Below the pieces are notes generated by a model that made no database searches, was not told where the DNA came from, and worked only from the letters and a program-made list of their open reading frames with translations. DNA of 64,000 nucleotides. It comes from Corallochytrium limacisporum Hawaii. Its lineage: Eukaryota > Protista > Pluriformea. The DNA lies in NCBI GenBank assembly GCA_002811645.1, contig PDIP01000040.1:63123-127122 (forward strand). Reading direction: 5' to 3'. A program made the translations under genes and the position numbers. This document shows, piece by piece, positions 10,473 to 20,588 of the stretch (positions within the stretch are counted from its first letter, which is position 1; each line of letters starts with the position of its first letter).

Positions 10473-11026
10473 CTGTGGTAAAGTTCACCGCAAGGATGCG
10501 TTATACCCCCAATTACACATCGCCTTAGCTTTTCACCATGGAACCTTATATACTCCAAGCTACGATCCAGTGCATGATGGCCGATGAGAATGACGCAGAG
10601 ACTACAAAGCATATGAATGAAAGCTACAAGCGAGGCGAAATTGGTACCCTGGCTCATCTCTTCGCTCATCCCCTTAAAAGCAGGGCCACAGACGCCCGGC
10701 TCTCCTTTCCCCTCGCCCCCTCGCCCTTTTCGTCGGTTCGTCTGCTGGCGGATGCCGGCCTCACAAACCGTCCGAACGGTCTGAGGGGGGATGGGGGGAG
10801 CATTCAGCAAGGGCAGACTCGGGAAGGAACAGGAGAGGCTCAGAAGGGAGGGAAGAGAGAGTCACACCGGACGAGCACGGGTTGAGCATGACTCACGCGA
10901 GTTGTGCCCGAGCAGGTACGCAGTCCCCGAAAATTCACATGTACCAAAGCTATACACAGATAACCATGCAATGAAATACACGCCAAGAAATGGAATATAT
11001 ATTCAGGGCAATCTCAATGTTGACGA

Positions 11027-14000
11027 TCAAGGCTGCAGGTCAGCGGTGATTCCCGAAACGAGGGAGTAGTAGCCACAGTCTTCGAGGGCGTGCTCAATAA
11101 CGCTCTTGAGCTGCTGGTATGTTAAACGATTGTCCTTCGGCAGGGCACCTTGGGACGGAGATGACGAGTTTGCCCCTCCGCCGGCGCCCGATGTTGCAGA
11201 GGAGACGTTGGTGCTTTCCGGTGTGTCCACAGCACCACCACTCGTACCCGCGGTAACACGATCCTGAGAGGCCAAGACTTCACCAGCCATCGGCCCAAAA
11301 TCAATGTCCACGTAGTCTGTTGAATCGGAGATGAATTTTTGCAGTTCTTCTTTGATATAGTTGCCTCTGCGACCAGAGGCGAAGAGGAATCGTTTGTACG
11401 TCTCAATCACACGTCGAGCTGGATTGTACTCCAGACTGGGCGGGAGCTGGCTAATGTGGATGATCTTGTGCAGCTGAGAGAGCATGGTCAGAATTGGGTC
11501 CTGGATTAGGCGCACATTCTTTGGACTGACAGTGAGTTTGGCAGTGGTCAGGTTGGCACTGTACGGTCGGCTGGATAATGTCCGACGCACGGCCAAGGGC
11601 GAGGGCGCCGGTGGTGCGCCAGCACTAGCACCTGTACCACCTGTAGCAGGCAAGTCGATTTGCGCCGACGGCGCTCTTGTGCCACCGCCTGGTGACACTG
11701 CTGCAAGCTCGCTAACTGACAGGTTCTCAGTATTTGACCGTTGGCGCTGTGGCTGTTGTTGCTGCTGGCCTCCTGCCTTTAAGGTCGGAGACCTCTCGGA
11801 GTCAAACCCTTGAGTGTACGGACTACCTGGGGAAGGAAGCGACACCCGCCCGCCGGGCCCGGCAGTCCTTGGCGGTGCAACTGGAGTGCCGGGACCAGAC
11901 AGTGCAACACCCTGGCTCACGGGCCTTGTGATCGCGGACATACCAGTCAAAGGTCGTCCTCCTGTGGCAGTGTGGTGGTGTGGCTGGTCATGAACGTCCG
12001 CAGAAAAGTGCCCGACACCCTGTGCAGCCATAACAAGTTTCTGGAAACTCTGCATATTTGCATTGGCTTCTTGGAAATATCGCTGACTGCGCTTGCGCTC
12101 CCGTCCAAGTTCTTTTTCCATATTGAGCAGATCAATCTGCAGACGATCAACCTCGAGCAGAAGCATGGGAGCCACAATGGCAGCGACCTGATTGATGTCC
12201 GGTCTCAAAGCGCTCGACGGTTCCAGACAGTGATTTACCGCCTCGGTGAGCAAAGGATTAATGTTGTCACGGCTGATAGGTTCAAAATCACCTTCCACAA
12301 TTTTCTTAGCCAGCGTTAACATATTACTGCTGACGAACGGTGGGTTCAGGGTGATCATTTGGTACAAAATGCAACCCAAGGCCCAAATGTCTGCCTTTTC
12401 GCCGTACGGTTCATTCTGCACTAGTTCCGGACAGGAGTACATGATTGTACCCACCATACTGTTCATGACACTGAGCTCACTCTTGCGTTTGGCGAGGCCA
12501 AAATCAGTGATCTTCACCACGTCATCCTCATCGACCATAATGTTCGCAGGCGTTAGATCCCGATGCACGATGTGTTTCTCTTTATGAATGTACCGCAAGG
12601 CTCGCACAAGCTGCACAAAAATTTTCCAGATTTTCTCCTCTGACATGGCTTGCTCCTTCTCCTTCAATGAGGCTAGATAGTCATTGAGACTAAAGCCATC
12701 GACAAGCTCCATTATGATGTGTAACTTATCTGCATCCACGAAACTATTATAGTACCGCACAACATTCGGATGTCTCAACTGACTCTCTATCATGCTGACC
12801 TCGGTGAGGACATCCTTAGATGCCTTATGCTGTTCTGTTACGCTCAGCGAAATTTCCTTCATCGCATAGAACACAGACTGATCTGTACGCTTTCGAACTT
12901 TGTAGACTGACCCGAATGCACCCCTGCCCATCAGTTCAATGATTGCGTAGTTGCCGACGTTCCGAATGGGGTTGCGATTCATGTTTACATCCCGAATGAG
13001 GTTATGGAATGACACAAGCCCGGTGTGATCCAAGTTCATCACGTACTCGACAAGAACACTGTACTTGTTCAGATCCGACTGATAGTTCCCAACATCAATA
13101 AACATTTCAAACAAGCTAGGATCGAACAACTTCCGAAACACGGAACGGTTGCGTGCCACACTAAAAATGAATCGCAGGCAGCGGAATGCACTGGCCATGG
13201 CGTCTGTGCGCATGGCGTCATCACTGAGCCGCCCTGTGGAAGGGCCTTTCATGGCAGCCGAGGCACCTTCATTGTTGGAGCCGTCGGCCATATGATGTTT
13301 CTGCATGTCAGCGCGTTCCGGCGAGATCGATGGCGACGGGCCGTTGCTGTCTTGTGGGCCGGACCGCAATCGTGAGATGGCATCGGTTATTTCTTCTGTT
13401 GGGTTCGTGGATGCCAATCGCTGGCTAGGAATGAGCACCATTGCAATTTGGTACACACCGTTGTTCCGCGTTACCAAATGTGCGTTCGTGTCAACCATCA
13501 TCAGCTGGGTTAACGAGTTAAGAGCAGCGGTCAAGATACCGAGGACCCGCCTCATTTCCGCTTGATTTTCCGCTGCTGCTTTATCGTGGTTCGAGTCTTG
13601 CCGCAGTATCTCGCCAGCTGGTGCTTGATATCTTGCAGCTTCAACACGACTGAGAACTTGTCTTCGTTCGTTCACCCTTGTGATGGTATTAAGGATAAGC
13701 TGAATACCGCCCTTCTGCCGAATGACATCTGCGATGCCCGTCCGGGTCGACATCTTCTCGATGATGCCCAACATGTGCACACTGATGATATCGTCATTTA
13801 ACATGAGCGACGTGAGTACAAGATTAATACCCTCTGCCCTCTCCATTTGCAATCGCGCGTTCTCTGCCCTGCACAGAGAATTAAGCAAGCCGCCCGCCAC
13901 TCGCTTCGACTTGGTTGGACATTCATTCAGGAGGCCACACAAGGCATCTACGATGTTCAATTCCGCCATGGCATGCAGAGCCGCTCCATTTTGTGCCATA

Positions 14001-15073
14001 CTATTCAACGCATGTAGGCAGCAGTGCAGAATGCGGATGTCCTGACAATTCAGCAATAGTACCAGCTGGCGATGGAATCCCAATTGTATGAAGAGTTCAA
14101 TGTGATTAGCCTCAGACGTTAATTTCTGCACAATACTGCTCTGTTCTCCAACCAACTCAGCCAGGTATTCCAGACCAATCGGTACGCAGTGTTCCCGGAA
14201 GTAGCGCTCGACGGACTGTTCAAAAATGTCCATCAGTCGCCGTGCACCGTCCAGTTCAACGAAATGATCCCGCAAAGAGTGGTCTCTGAGCAGCACACGG
14301 ATGGTCTGGATCACGCGTAATTTGCTTGCGCCGTCTAGAGGTCGCCATGATGAGTCAACCAAATAGAGTTGCACGAGTGCTAGCAACAAGTCAAAATAGG
14401 TATTCGAATGGAACCTGTACGTATGCCGATGCCATGAAATGAACTCCTCAAACGCTGATGCTGCGTCGTCTGTAAGAGAAGACTTGCCTCTGGAAGATAG
14501 GTCCTGCTGGTGTCTCTCGGTATCCCGTGCGTGTGTGTCACAGAGTACTTCAACCAATTTTCCTGCCTTGAGTTCCGCAACAGCCAGACTTTCTTCCGCA
14601 GACATAGTACGATCTAAACGCAGGTCCTCCTCTCCAGGGGGCGCTGGCAAATTAGTTCGACTATTGGCTGGTCGTGAACTACTTCTTCTAGGTACAGTCG
14701 GCATTTCCCTTGGAGAGCGACCTCCTCCTGTGAACACGGCTGTTCCACGACCGCGGCTGGCCTCCTCTGCTAGATTTCCCAGATTACCTCCTGGTGATCG
14801 TAACGAATCTACTTTCCTTCCACTTTGGTCCCCATGATGTGAAGCCCGACGGACTAAAACAGCCTGTGCGCCGTTCGTCGACGGTGACGGCGGATGCTGT
14901 GGTGGGTGAACTCCGATGGCAGGGTTCCGTCCCCCGGACGACGGCACAGCCTTGAATGTATATGGATTTCCAGGAGTGCTCCCACGTCTCAGTAAACCCC
15001 TTGCACCCCGGCTCCCGGTAGGCAGAGCCATACCAGCAACCTCGAAATCTTGTGATTCCCGGCCACTGTTCAT
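11027..15073 (-). CDS. NEK10: NIMA-related kinase NEK10 (ARM repeats + Ser/Thr kinase domain)
   Basis: 1348-aa ORF; ARM-like region, LRFIFSVARNRSVFRKLF..LFEMFIDVGNY segment typical of NEK10, GRGAFGSVYKV, HRDLTPANIM, DFGLA, GTIMYSCPE, DPILTMLSQLHKIIHISQLPP. Confidence 0.9.
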   Translation of the reverse strand: MNSGRESQDFEVAGMALPTGSRGARGLLRRGSTPGNPYTFKAVPSSGGRNPAIGVHPPQHPPSPSTNGAQAVLVRRASHHGDQSGRKVDSLRSPGGNLGNLAEEASRGRGTAVFTGGGRSPREMPTVPRRSSSRPANSRTNLPAPPGEEDLRLDRTMSAEESLAVAELKAGKLVEVLCDTHARDTERHQQDLSSRGKSSLTDDAASAFEEFISWHRHTYRFHSNTYFDLLLALVQLYLVDSSWRPLDGASKLRVIQTIRVLLRDHSLRDHFVELDGARRLMDIFEQSVERYFREHCVPIGLEYLAELVGEQSSIVQKLTSEANHIELFIQLGFHRQLVLLLNCQDIRILHCCLHALNSMAQNGAALHAMAELNIVDALCGLLNECPTKSKRVAGGLLNSLCRAENARLQMERAEGINLVLTSLMLNDDIISVHMLGIIEKMSTRTGIADVIRQKGGIQLILNTITRVNERRQVLSRVEAARYQAPAGEILRQDSNHDKAAAENQAEMRRVLGILTAALNSLTQLMMVDTNAHLVTRNNGVYQIAMVLIPSQRLASTNPTEEITDAISRLRSGPQDSNGPSPSISPERADMQKHHMADGSNNEGASAAMKGPSTGRLSDDAMRTDAMASAFRCLRFIFSVARNRSVFRKLFDPSLFEMFIDVGNYQSDLNKYSVLVEYVMNLDHTGLVSFHNLIRDVNMNRNPIRNVGNYAIIELMGRGAFGSVYKVRKRTDQSVFYAMKEISLSVTEQHKASKDVLTEVSMIESQLRHPNVVRYYNSFVDADKLHIIMELVDGFSLNDYLASLKEKEQAMSEEKIWKIFVQLVRALRYIHKEKHIVHRDLTPANIMVDEDDVVKITDFGLAKRKSELSVMNSMVGTIMYSCPELVQNEPYGEKADIWALGCILYQMITLNPPFVSSNMLTLAKKIVEGDFEPISRDNINPLLTEAVNHCLEPSSALRPDINQVAAIVAPMLLLEVDRLQIDLLNMEKELGRERKRSQRYFQEANANMQSFQKLVMAAQGVGHFSADVHDQPHHHTATGGRPLTGMSAITRPVSQGVALSGPGTPVAPPRTAGPGGRVSLPSPGSPYTQGFDSERSPTLKAGGQQQQQPQRQRSNTENLSVSELAAVSPGGGTRAPSAQIDLPATGGTGASAGAPPAPSPLAVRRTLSSRPYSANLTTAKLTVSPKNVRLIQDPILTMLSQLHKIIHISQLPPSLEYNPARRVIETYKRFLFASGRRGNYIKEELQKFISDSTDYVDIDFGPMAGEVLASQDRVTAGTSGGAVDTPESTNVSSATSGAGGGANSSSPSQGALPKDNRLTYQQLKSVIEHALEDCGYYSLVSGITADLQP

Positions 15074-15090
15074 AATGAACCGGTAAACAT

Positions 15091-15104
15091 GTTCCCTAGG
15101 AAGC
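15091..15104 (-). promoter_or_regulatory. X-box-like RFX binding site
   Basis: GCTTCC-TA-GGGAAC on the minus strand, 17 nt upstream of the NEK10 ATG; fits GYTNYY-NN-RRNRAC. Confidence 0.4.
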
Positions 15105-15729
15105 GTCCATTCTGCTGAGGGACCTCAATGCAGTGTGCCATTTTTCACCTACATGGAATATGCAAACAGCTTCTTCACAGAGAGCCTAAAATTTGTACCA
15201 AGATGTGTACCCGTAGGCTTCCGGTATCTGTAGTACACAGGAACGTATCGGTAATCAGAGCATTGAACTACCTGAAATCCCCGTCCAAGCAACTGCCAGC
15301 TGTACAACACGCCACGACAAAGCAAGCCACCCCGCCAGGGAACTGCCCGAGCCGTCCGAACTACTTTGGATTTGAAACAGGCAAATTTCCTACCCCGTCT
15401 TTCCACGACACTTGCAGTCCATGAATGTTCACAGAGTCGGCATATATTTATTACTATCCTCCGGGTCGAAATACCTATCCAAATCACAGTCAATCGACAG
15501 GAATAAGGAGGGAGGGAGGCGTTCGGGCCACCCCAGCTCAGATGCGAACTCAGCGATTCCGAAAACCGTTTCAGACTCAAGTCTGACGAATGTGCAACGT
15601 ATATAAGACGATCCGCAGCTAAATCACCATTAAAATGGGATTTTATTGAATATGTGGAGTCTGATCACGGGCAATGAAGATGCTACGATATTTAACTCCT
15701 TTGATGGACTCGACTAGAGACAAGTTTTC

Positions 15730-17118
15730 ATGCGAGACATTTGGCATTTGAAGTCGCACAGCCAGAAGCTGGTCTTTGGCGTACTCCTTTGCGTATCTGT
15801 CGTGTTTCTCTGGGGAATATCGAATGCATTTGACCTGGACACAACATTCGGAAACGTTGTTTTCACGGACGCCACAGAACCTGAAAGGAAGTTTGAACAT
15901 GACCCAATTTTTGACGAGCTGAAAATTCACCTTCCCAACAGCACCGAGATCGAGAGTCACATATCAGATGGAATACATTGGGATGAAAACCTGAAGAATG
16001 AGTTAAGGAGTCCTCCCTCGCAGTCATTTACGCAGTCTCGCTGGGAAGCCCTGGAGTTTAACTTCATGCACCATGAGGAGTCGGTTTTATTTATTTATGT
16101 GGCCACTGGACGGTATCAGAACTACATTCCACTGGTCCTATTTTACAACAGACTGATCATTCCAAGCTCATGCTTCCTGTTCTTCGTCGGTGAGCAAGTC
16201 CATGAAGATGTGCAGAAAGCCATTTTGTCTATGAATGAAACTGGCGACTTGGATCCACACTGCGTGCATTTTCGGGCTCCAACAAAAGATACCAATTGGG
16301 CTCTTAATCGCAGACTGTCGCAGGCTGTGCGTTGGGTCGATTTGGATGACATCATGTTGAGATACCCATATCATTACATTGGTGATGTGGACATTGCCAT
16401 GATGCCTGAAACGCCAGATTTTCTTTCACAGCATTTGCTTCAAATGAGACAGTTAGACTTGCCATTTTCAAACGCCGACAGGTATTACCTCAGAAGTCAA
16501 AAGGAACGTGATCAATGCATGACTGCGGGACATAAGACATTCCACCGGGAAAAGGGCAATATACAAGACTACTGCCACCGCTTCACAGGGCTCCATTTCG
16601 TAGCCACACGCGAGTATTACACGGGGGCGCTTTCAGCGATTCTTCGAATGCGGGAATTTCTGACCCAGGCCGTTAAGGATCAGAATGGGAACGCCGAGAA
16701 GGTACACAAAGTTCTGTGTGAGCACTATACAGGTATTCATATCGCCTCATTCTGCGATGAAGCAGTCCTGCACGCTCTGCTGAAGGAGAGCACATTCGGA
16801 GATCGCATCGAGAGTCTGTATCAAAGCCGTAAACCCCTTCAGGAGTATAAGGATGTGATCCGATTTCGACCACATCATGGGATCCATTTGAACCACGGCA
16901 GACTCAACACCGTCCATAATTATTGCACCAAGGCTGACAAGGAAAGCTATGGGCGATCATGGTGTGACTATCTGCACGCCGAAAGATATCCAACCCTGTC
17001 AGAATCAGTCCAACCAATTTGGAAACAATACTTTAGTGAGACTATTACTGTTGTGGAATCATGTTGTCCAGAAGTAATAGCACACCAGAAGAAAGAACAT
17101 GACAAAAGTGGGCGATGA
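15730..17118 (+). CDS. Type II membrane protein, putative GT-A-fold glycosyltransferase (DxD)
   Basis: 462-aa ORF; N-terminal TM anchor (LVFGVLLCVSVVFLWGI), YIGDVD DxD motif, FTGLHFV, DEAVL, RPHHGIHL. Confidence 0.7.
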   Translation: MRDIWHLKSHSQKLVFGVLLCVSVVFLWGISNAFDLDTTFGNVVFTDATEPERKFEHDPIFDELKIHLPNSTEIESHISDGIHWDENLKNELRSPPSQSFTQSRWEALEFNFMHHEESVLFIYVATGRYQNYIPLVLFYNRLIIPSSCFLFFVGEQVHEDVQKAILSMNETGDLDPHCVHFRAPTKDTNWALNRRLSQAVRWVDLDDIMLRYPYHYIGDVDIAMMPETPDFLSQHLLQMRQLDLPFSNADRYYLRSQKERDQCMTAGHKTFHREKGNIQDYCHRFTGLHFVATREYYTGALSAILRMREFLTQAVKDQNGNAEKVHKVLCEHYTGIHIASFCDEAVLHALLKESTFGDRIESLYQSRKPLQEYKDVIRFRPHHGIHLNHGRLNTVHNYCTKADKESYGRSWCDYLHAERYPTLSESVQPIWKQYFSETITVVESCCPEVIAHQKKEHDKSGR

Positions 17119-17322
17119 TGGCACATGAGATAAGATTACGTCGTTGCGCGCTGTTGTGAGCATCATGACCATCACTAGCAGTGCGTGCGATGATTGTTGC
17201 CCTGCTCGTAGTCAATTTCATGAAAGAGAAAGACCATAATTGACGTTCATAGAATCTGCACGTTGGACTTGTGGTGTCGTATAGAACTGTGAGATCTCCA
17301 CATCTAAACTTTCAATACTTGT

Positions 17323-18715
17323 TTATTGTTGTGCGCCGCTGCAAAACAGGTCTCTTGCCATCAGGATGTGCTGTTCAAGACGATCTAGGTCAACCACCAT
17401 GTCAGAGTCACGTATCCTGACCCTTAAGGGTTCGCACACTTCCTTATTGCCACCATACCTCTCGTCCCAGTTCGTACACTCATTCTTCATCACACTTAAG
17501 ATCTGTTTGTCGATTTCGCCAGTGCGTGGACCGACAGGAATATGGCCCTCACTAAAAATATAGCCACGTATTAAATTCTCAGTAGACTTCCCGAACACAT
17601 CATCTGCAATCAGCACACCTACTTCAACAGCAACAGTGCTGGGGTGGGCCCACAGCAGGTTTACGACTTGGGAGCCGTGCGGTGTCACCAAAATATCAGA
17701 CTGAAACTGCATCGCTTGCTCCTCTACAGTCATGTCGCTATTTGTTGTTACTATTTGAACCGGCTCACTGCTAAGCCTGTTCAAGAGCTGAATCACGTCA
17801 TCAAGGTTTGTGAATCTCCGGGCAGAGTTTCGTGATTTCGTGCGTTGCACAAGTTTGATCCGAGGATTGCATTCCACGGAATGACTGGGATCTTCTTTCA
17901 ATCCCAGATATGCGCGTAATTCGCTTGCATACTCGTTAGCAAAATGTGGCATCCATATCCCAGCCCGAGGTGAGATGTAAACTCGTTCAAAACAACTGCG
18001 TGTCCCAAAATCCTTTCCAAAGGCCAATATGTTCCCAGTGTGATAAAGATGCCGCCAGAAGAATCGCATCGTACTGGGACATTTGGGAAAGCCCTATACA
18101 ATTATGAAATGCTATGTTATCGATGATACCTGGCTGAACTTTATCCCGTACCATGCTGAGGTGAAATAATTTCCCCATACCTTTGACCCAGTGACTCAAA
18201 TTATGATTGTTGGAAGGGAGTCGCCAGCAGTCGACGAGAAAGGTGGTACCTGGAACAAATGCCAAATCAAAGCGCTCCAAAAGATCAGCTTTCTTCATTC
18301 CCCTGTAGTCCATGGGCTTGCCGCGTCGAAAATTGTACTCAGGAAACGGCTTTATGCCCATAAAATAGTCTTCTGTCGAGATGCAAACGTTTTCCATTGT
18401 TACATAAGGGGATTCATCATATATGCCAAGGACCTCACCTCGGAACAGCGACAGTCGCTTTTCTAAGTTTCTACTCCATGTTGGCGGTACCGAAAAATAA
18501 TCTATCCTATCTTCTTTGAACCTAGTGGAAAACTGATTCGCCAGGTGACGCAAGTATCTGGCTTTCTCATTGTCCACAGCATCATGCGGCGATACAAATG
18601 TGAATGGCCAGCTTGAAACAGATAGTTCAAGATTTGTAAGGGAAAAAATGGCCACTGTGATAAAACCTACAACTGCAAAAAGGATTTTCCGCGCATGCAG
18701 CCGCCTACAACGCAT
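17323..18715 (-). pseudogene. GT61-like glycosyltransferase split by a +1 frameshift near 18007-18010
   Basis: Overlapping ORFs 17987-18715 (TM anchor, N..HW) and 17323-18069 (CFE, RRFTNLDDV, EEQA, ILVTPHGSQVVN) form one GT61-like protein colinear with the paralogue at 30736. Confidence 0.65.
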
Positions 18716-19240
18716 AATTTCAGACCTCTCTTTCAGCGGAGTGTTTGAGGAACCAAACCGACTGGCTCCAACCCATTTCCCCCTATGTTACTGTGTGCAG
18801 AGACTGTGCTACAGCCTGCAATAGATACACAGATCTATGCTACTGAACATATCCAACCATACATACTCGCGATCGCTTAGACACCTAGAGAATTTCAGAA
18901 ATCACACATCGAACGGAGCTGCGGAGCAAGCAAATACCTCACCGGCACTCTCCCCCGCTTTCTACGCTTCGCAGACAGTCCTACGTGCGTGTGCCGAAGG
19001 AGCGGGAAATTTATGACACAAATTTCGTCGGAGAAGAGCTGAGTGTCACAGTCGCGAAGATTTTGCAAGTTCCCGGGGCGCCAGTGTTGCTACCAACCTC
19101 TGTTCATCAAAAACTGTCCCAGTTTTTGATTCCTTTCCCTGCCAACCCTGTCAGGACCGCTACGTTCGATCGGATAACAACCAAGAAAAAATCACAATAT
19201 TGATTATATTTGAGTTTTTGATTGCAGACATTCAAATTTC

Positions 19241-19549
19241 TCACCCCATATCAAGCTGTCTGGCATGGTCCGTGCTGTTCATCAGCGGCGTAGATTGGTT
19301 TTCAAGCATGCTAAGTTCCATGCTAAGACTCTGTTCCATGTGTGTTCGTGCCTTCTCGCCATCAGTGGCTCGCTCTTCTAGGATGCGCATGCTCTTCATG
19401 TTCTGTTTCGCAGTTTCTTCAAGAATGGCTACTTGATGTCCGAGTTCCTGAACCATGATGGCTGCAGCCTGGAGATCCGATTCGGAGACCGTAAGCAGCT
19501 TTTCATACGTTCTGTGTCTCCTGTTCATGTCCTTGTACGTGTGCTCCAT
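19241..19549 (-). CDS. Short coiled-coil ORF directly downstream of TMEM41B
   Basis: 102-aa ATG-initiated ORF with heptad-like E/Q/L/M pattern, starting 39 nt after the TMEM41B stop in the same frame. Confidence 0.35.
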   Translation of the reverse strand: MEHTYKDMNRRHRTYEKLLTVSESDLQAAAIMVQELGHQVAILEETAKQNMKSMRILEERATDGEKARTHMEQSLSMELSMLENQSTPLMNSTDHARQLDMG

Positions 19550-19588
19550 GCTTTCTGACGGGTGTTTCTATACTTTATGAGGGTCACC

Positions 19589-20467
19589 CTAGTTCTTCTT
19601 CTTCTCGTTGGCATCAGTCTCTCCTGCTTCATCAAGCTTTTCCATGAGGTACTCCTTGAAGAATACAGGCAGTAAAGAGACGAACCCAGCGGCGAAGAGA
19701 AAAACAATGGTGTTGACAGAGTGCCCGAGATCGTTGTGCGTCAAGGTTTCGATGGTCTGCCCCAATTGCACAAACAGTGTTGAGGGAATAAGCACTCCAA
19801 TGAATGTACCCAAAGAAAAAGGCACGATGGGATAAGGCACCGAAGGACTGAACAGTGTAATCATCCAATTCGGCACCAGGGGAGTAATGCGCAAGAAGAT
19901 CATGTACCAGAGCAAATGCTGCTTGTGGCGGTTGACTCTTTGCTCAAACTCACCGAGGTGGGACTTGAAGACAATCTTCAGTTCTTCGGAAATCAGATAC
20001 TTTGCAAAAAAGTAGCAGATGGTGGCACCTGTGGCACTGCAGGCAGAAACAGTAAACAGGGCCACTGGGAATGGGAAGATGCTCCCGCCCAGAATTGTAA
20101 AAAATATGGAACCCGGAATTGCGAAGGCCTGAAGAACAACGTATGTGGCAGCATAGACTATATACACGGTCCAAAAGTCTTCCTGAACCATACCCGCCAA
20201 CGTTCTGTGCAACGTCTTAAGTTGTTGAATATTGCGAGGAATTTTCAGGGCTGGATGTACATGAAGCAGGGTCATCACTCCGTATAACCCGAACCCAATA
20301 AGTACTACCGCTACGACAAACTTTACAACTAATCTTATATACACTCGTCGGAGATTCACGGGGTACTGTCCACTAGTCTGTGCCCCGTTGATGCATTCCT
20401 TTCTGTGATGTATGGCCTGGTCGGGGTCCACCCCATCAGTGGAACCCCCATGACGTGTTATCACCAT
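19589..20467 (-). CDS. TMEM41B: TMEM41B-like VTT/DedA-family lipid scramblase
   Basis: YVVLQAFAIPGSIFFTILGGSIFPF, CSATGATICY, YMIFLRITPLVPNW, F..GTFIGV motifs; first ATG at 20467. Confidence 0.88.
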   Translation of the reverse strand: MVITRHGGSTDGVDPDQAIHHRKECINGAQTSGQYPVNLRRVYIRLVVKFVVAVVLIGFGLYGVMTLLHVHPALKIPRNIQQLKTLHRTLAGMVQEDFWTVYIVYAATYVVLQAFAIPGSIFFTILGGSIFPFPVALFTVSACSATGATICYFFAKYLISEELKIVFKSHLGEFEQRVNRHKQHLLWYMIFLRITPLVPNWMITLFSPSVPYPIVPFSLGTFIGVLIPSTLFVQLGQTIETLTHNDLGHSVNTIVFLFAAGFVSLLPVFFKEYLMEKLDEAGETDANEKKKN

Positions 20468-20525
20468 GATGGTCTCTGCAAACGTGTGTACGTCCCGCGC
20501 CACACCCTCGCTTGATCCAGTCTAC

Positions 20526-20588
20526 CTGTTTTAAGAATTCTGTGAACCTTTGCAGGTACTGTATGCATTCTTAGGCCTGATCACATAC
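20526..20588 (-). other. Candidate 5' UTR intron of TMEM41B
   Basis: aag|GTATGT donor at 20588 and aaaCAG acceptor at 20526 (63 nt). Confidence 0.5.
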
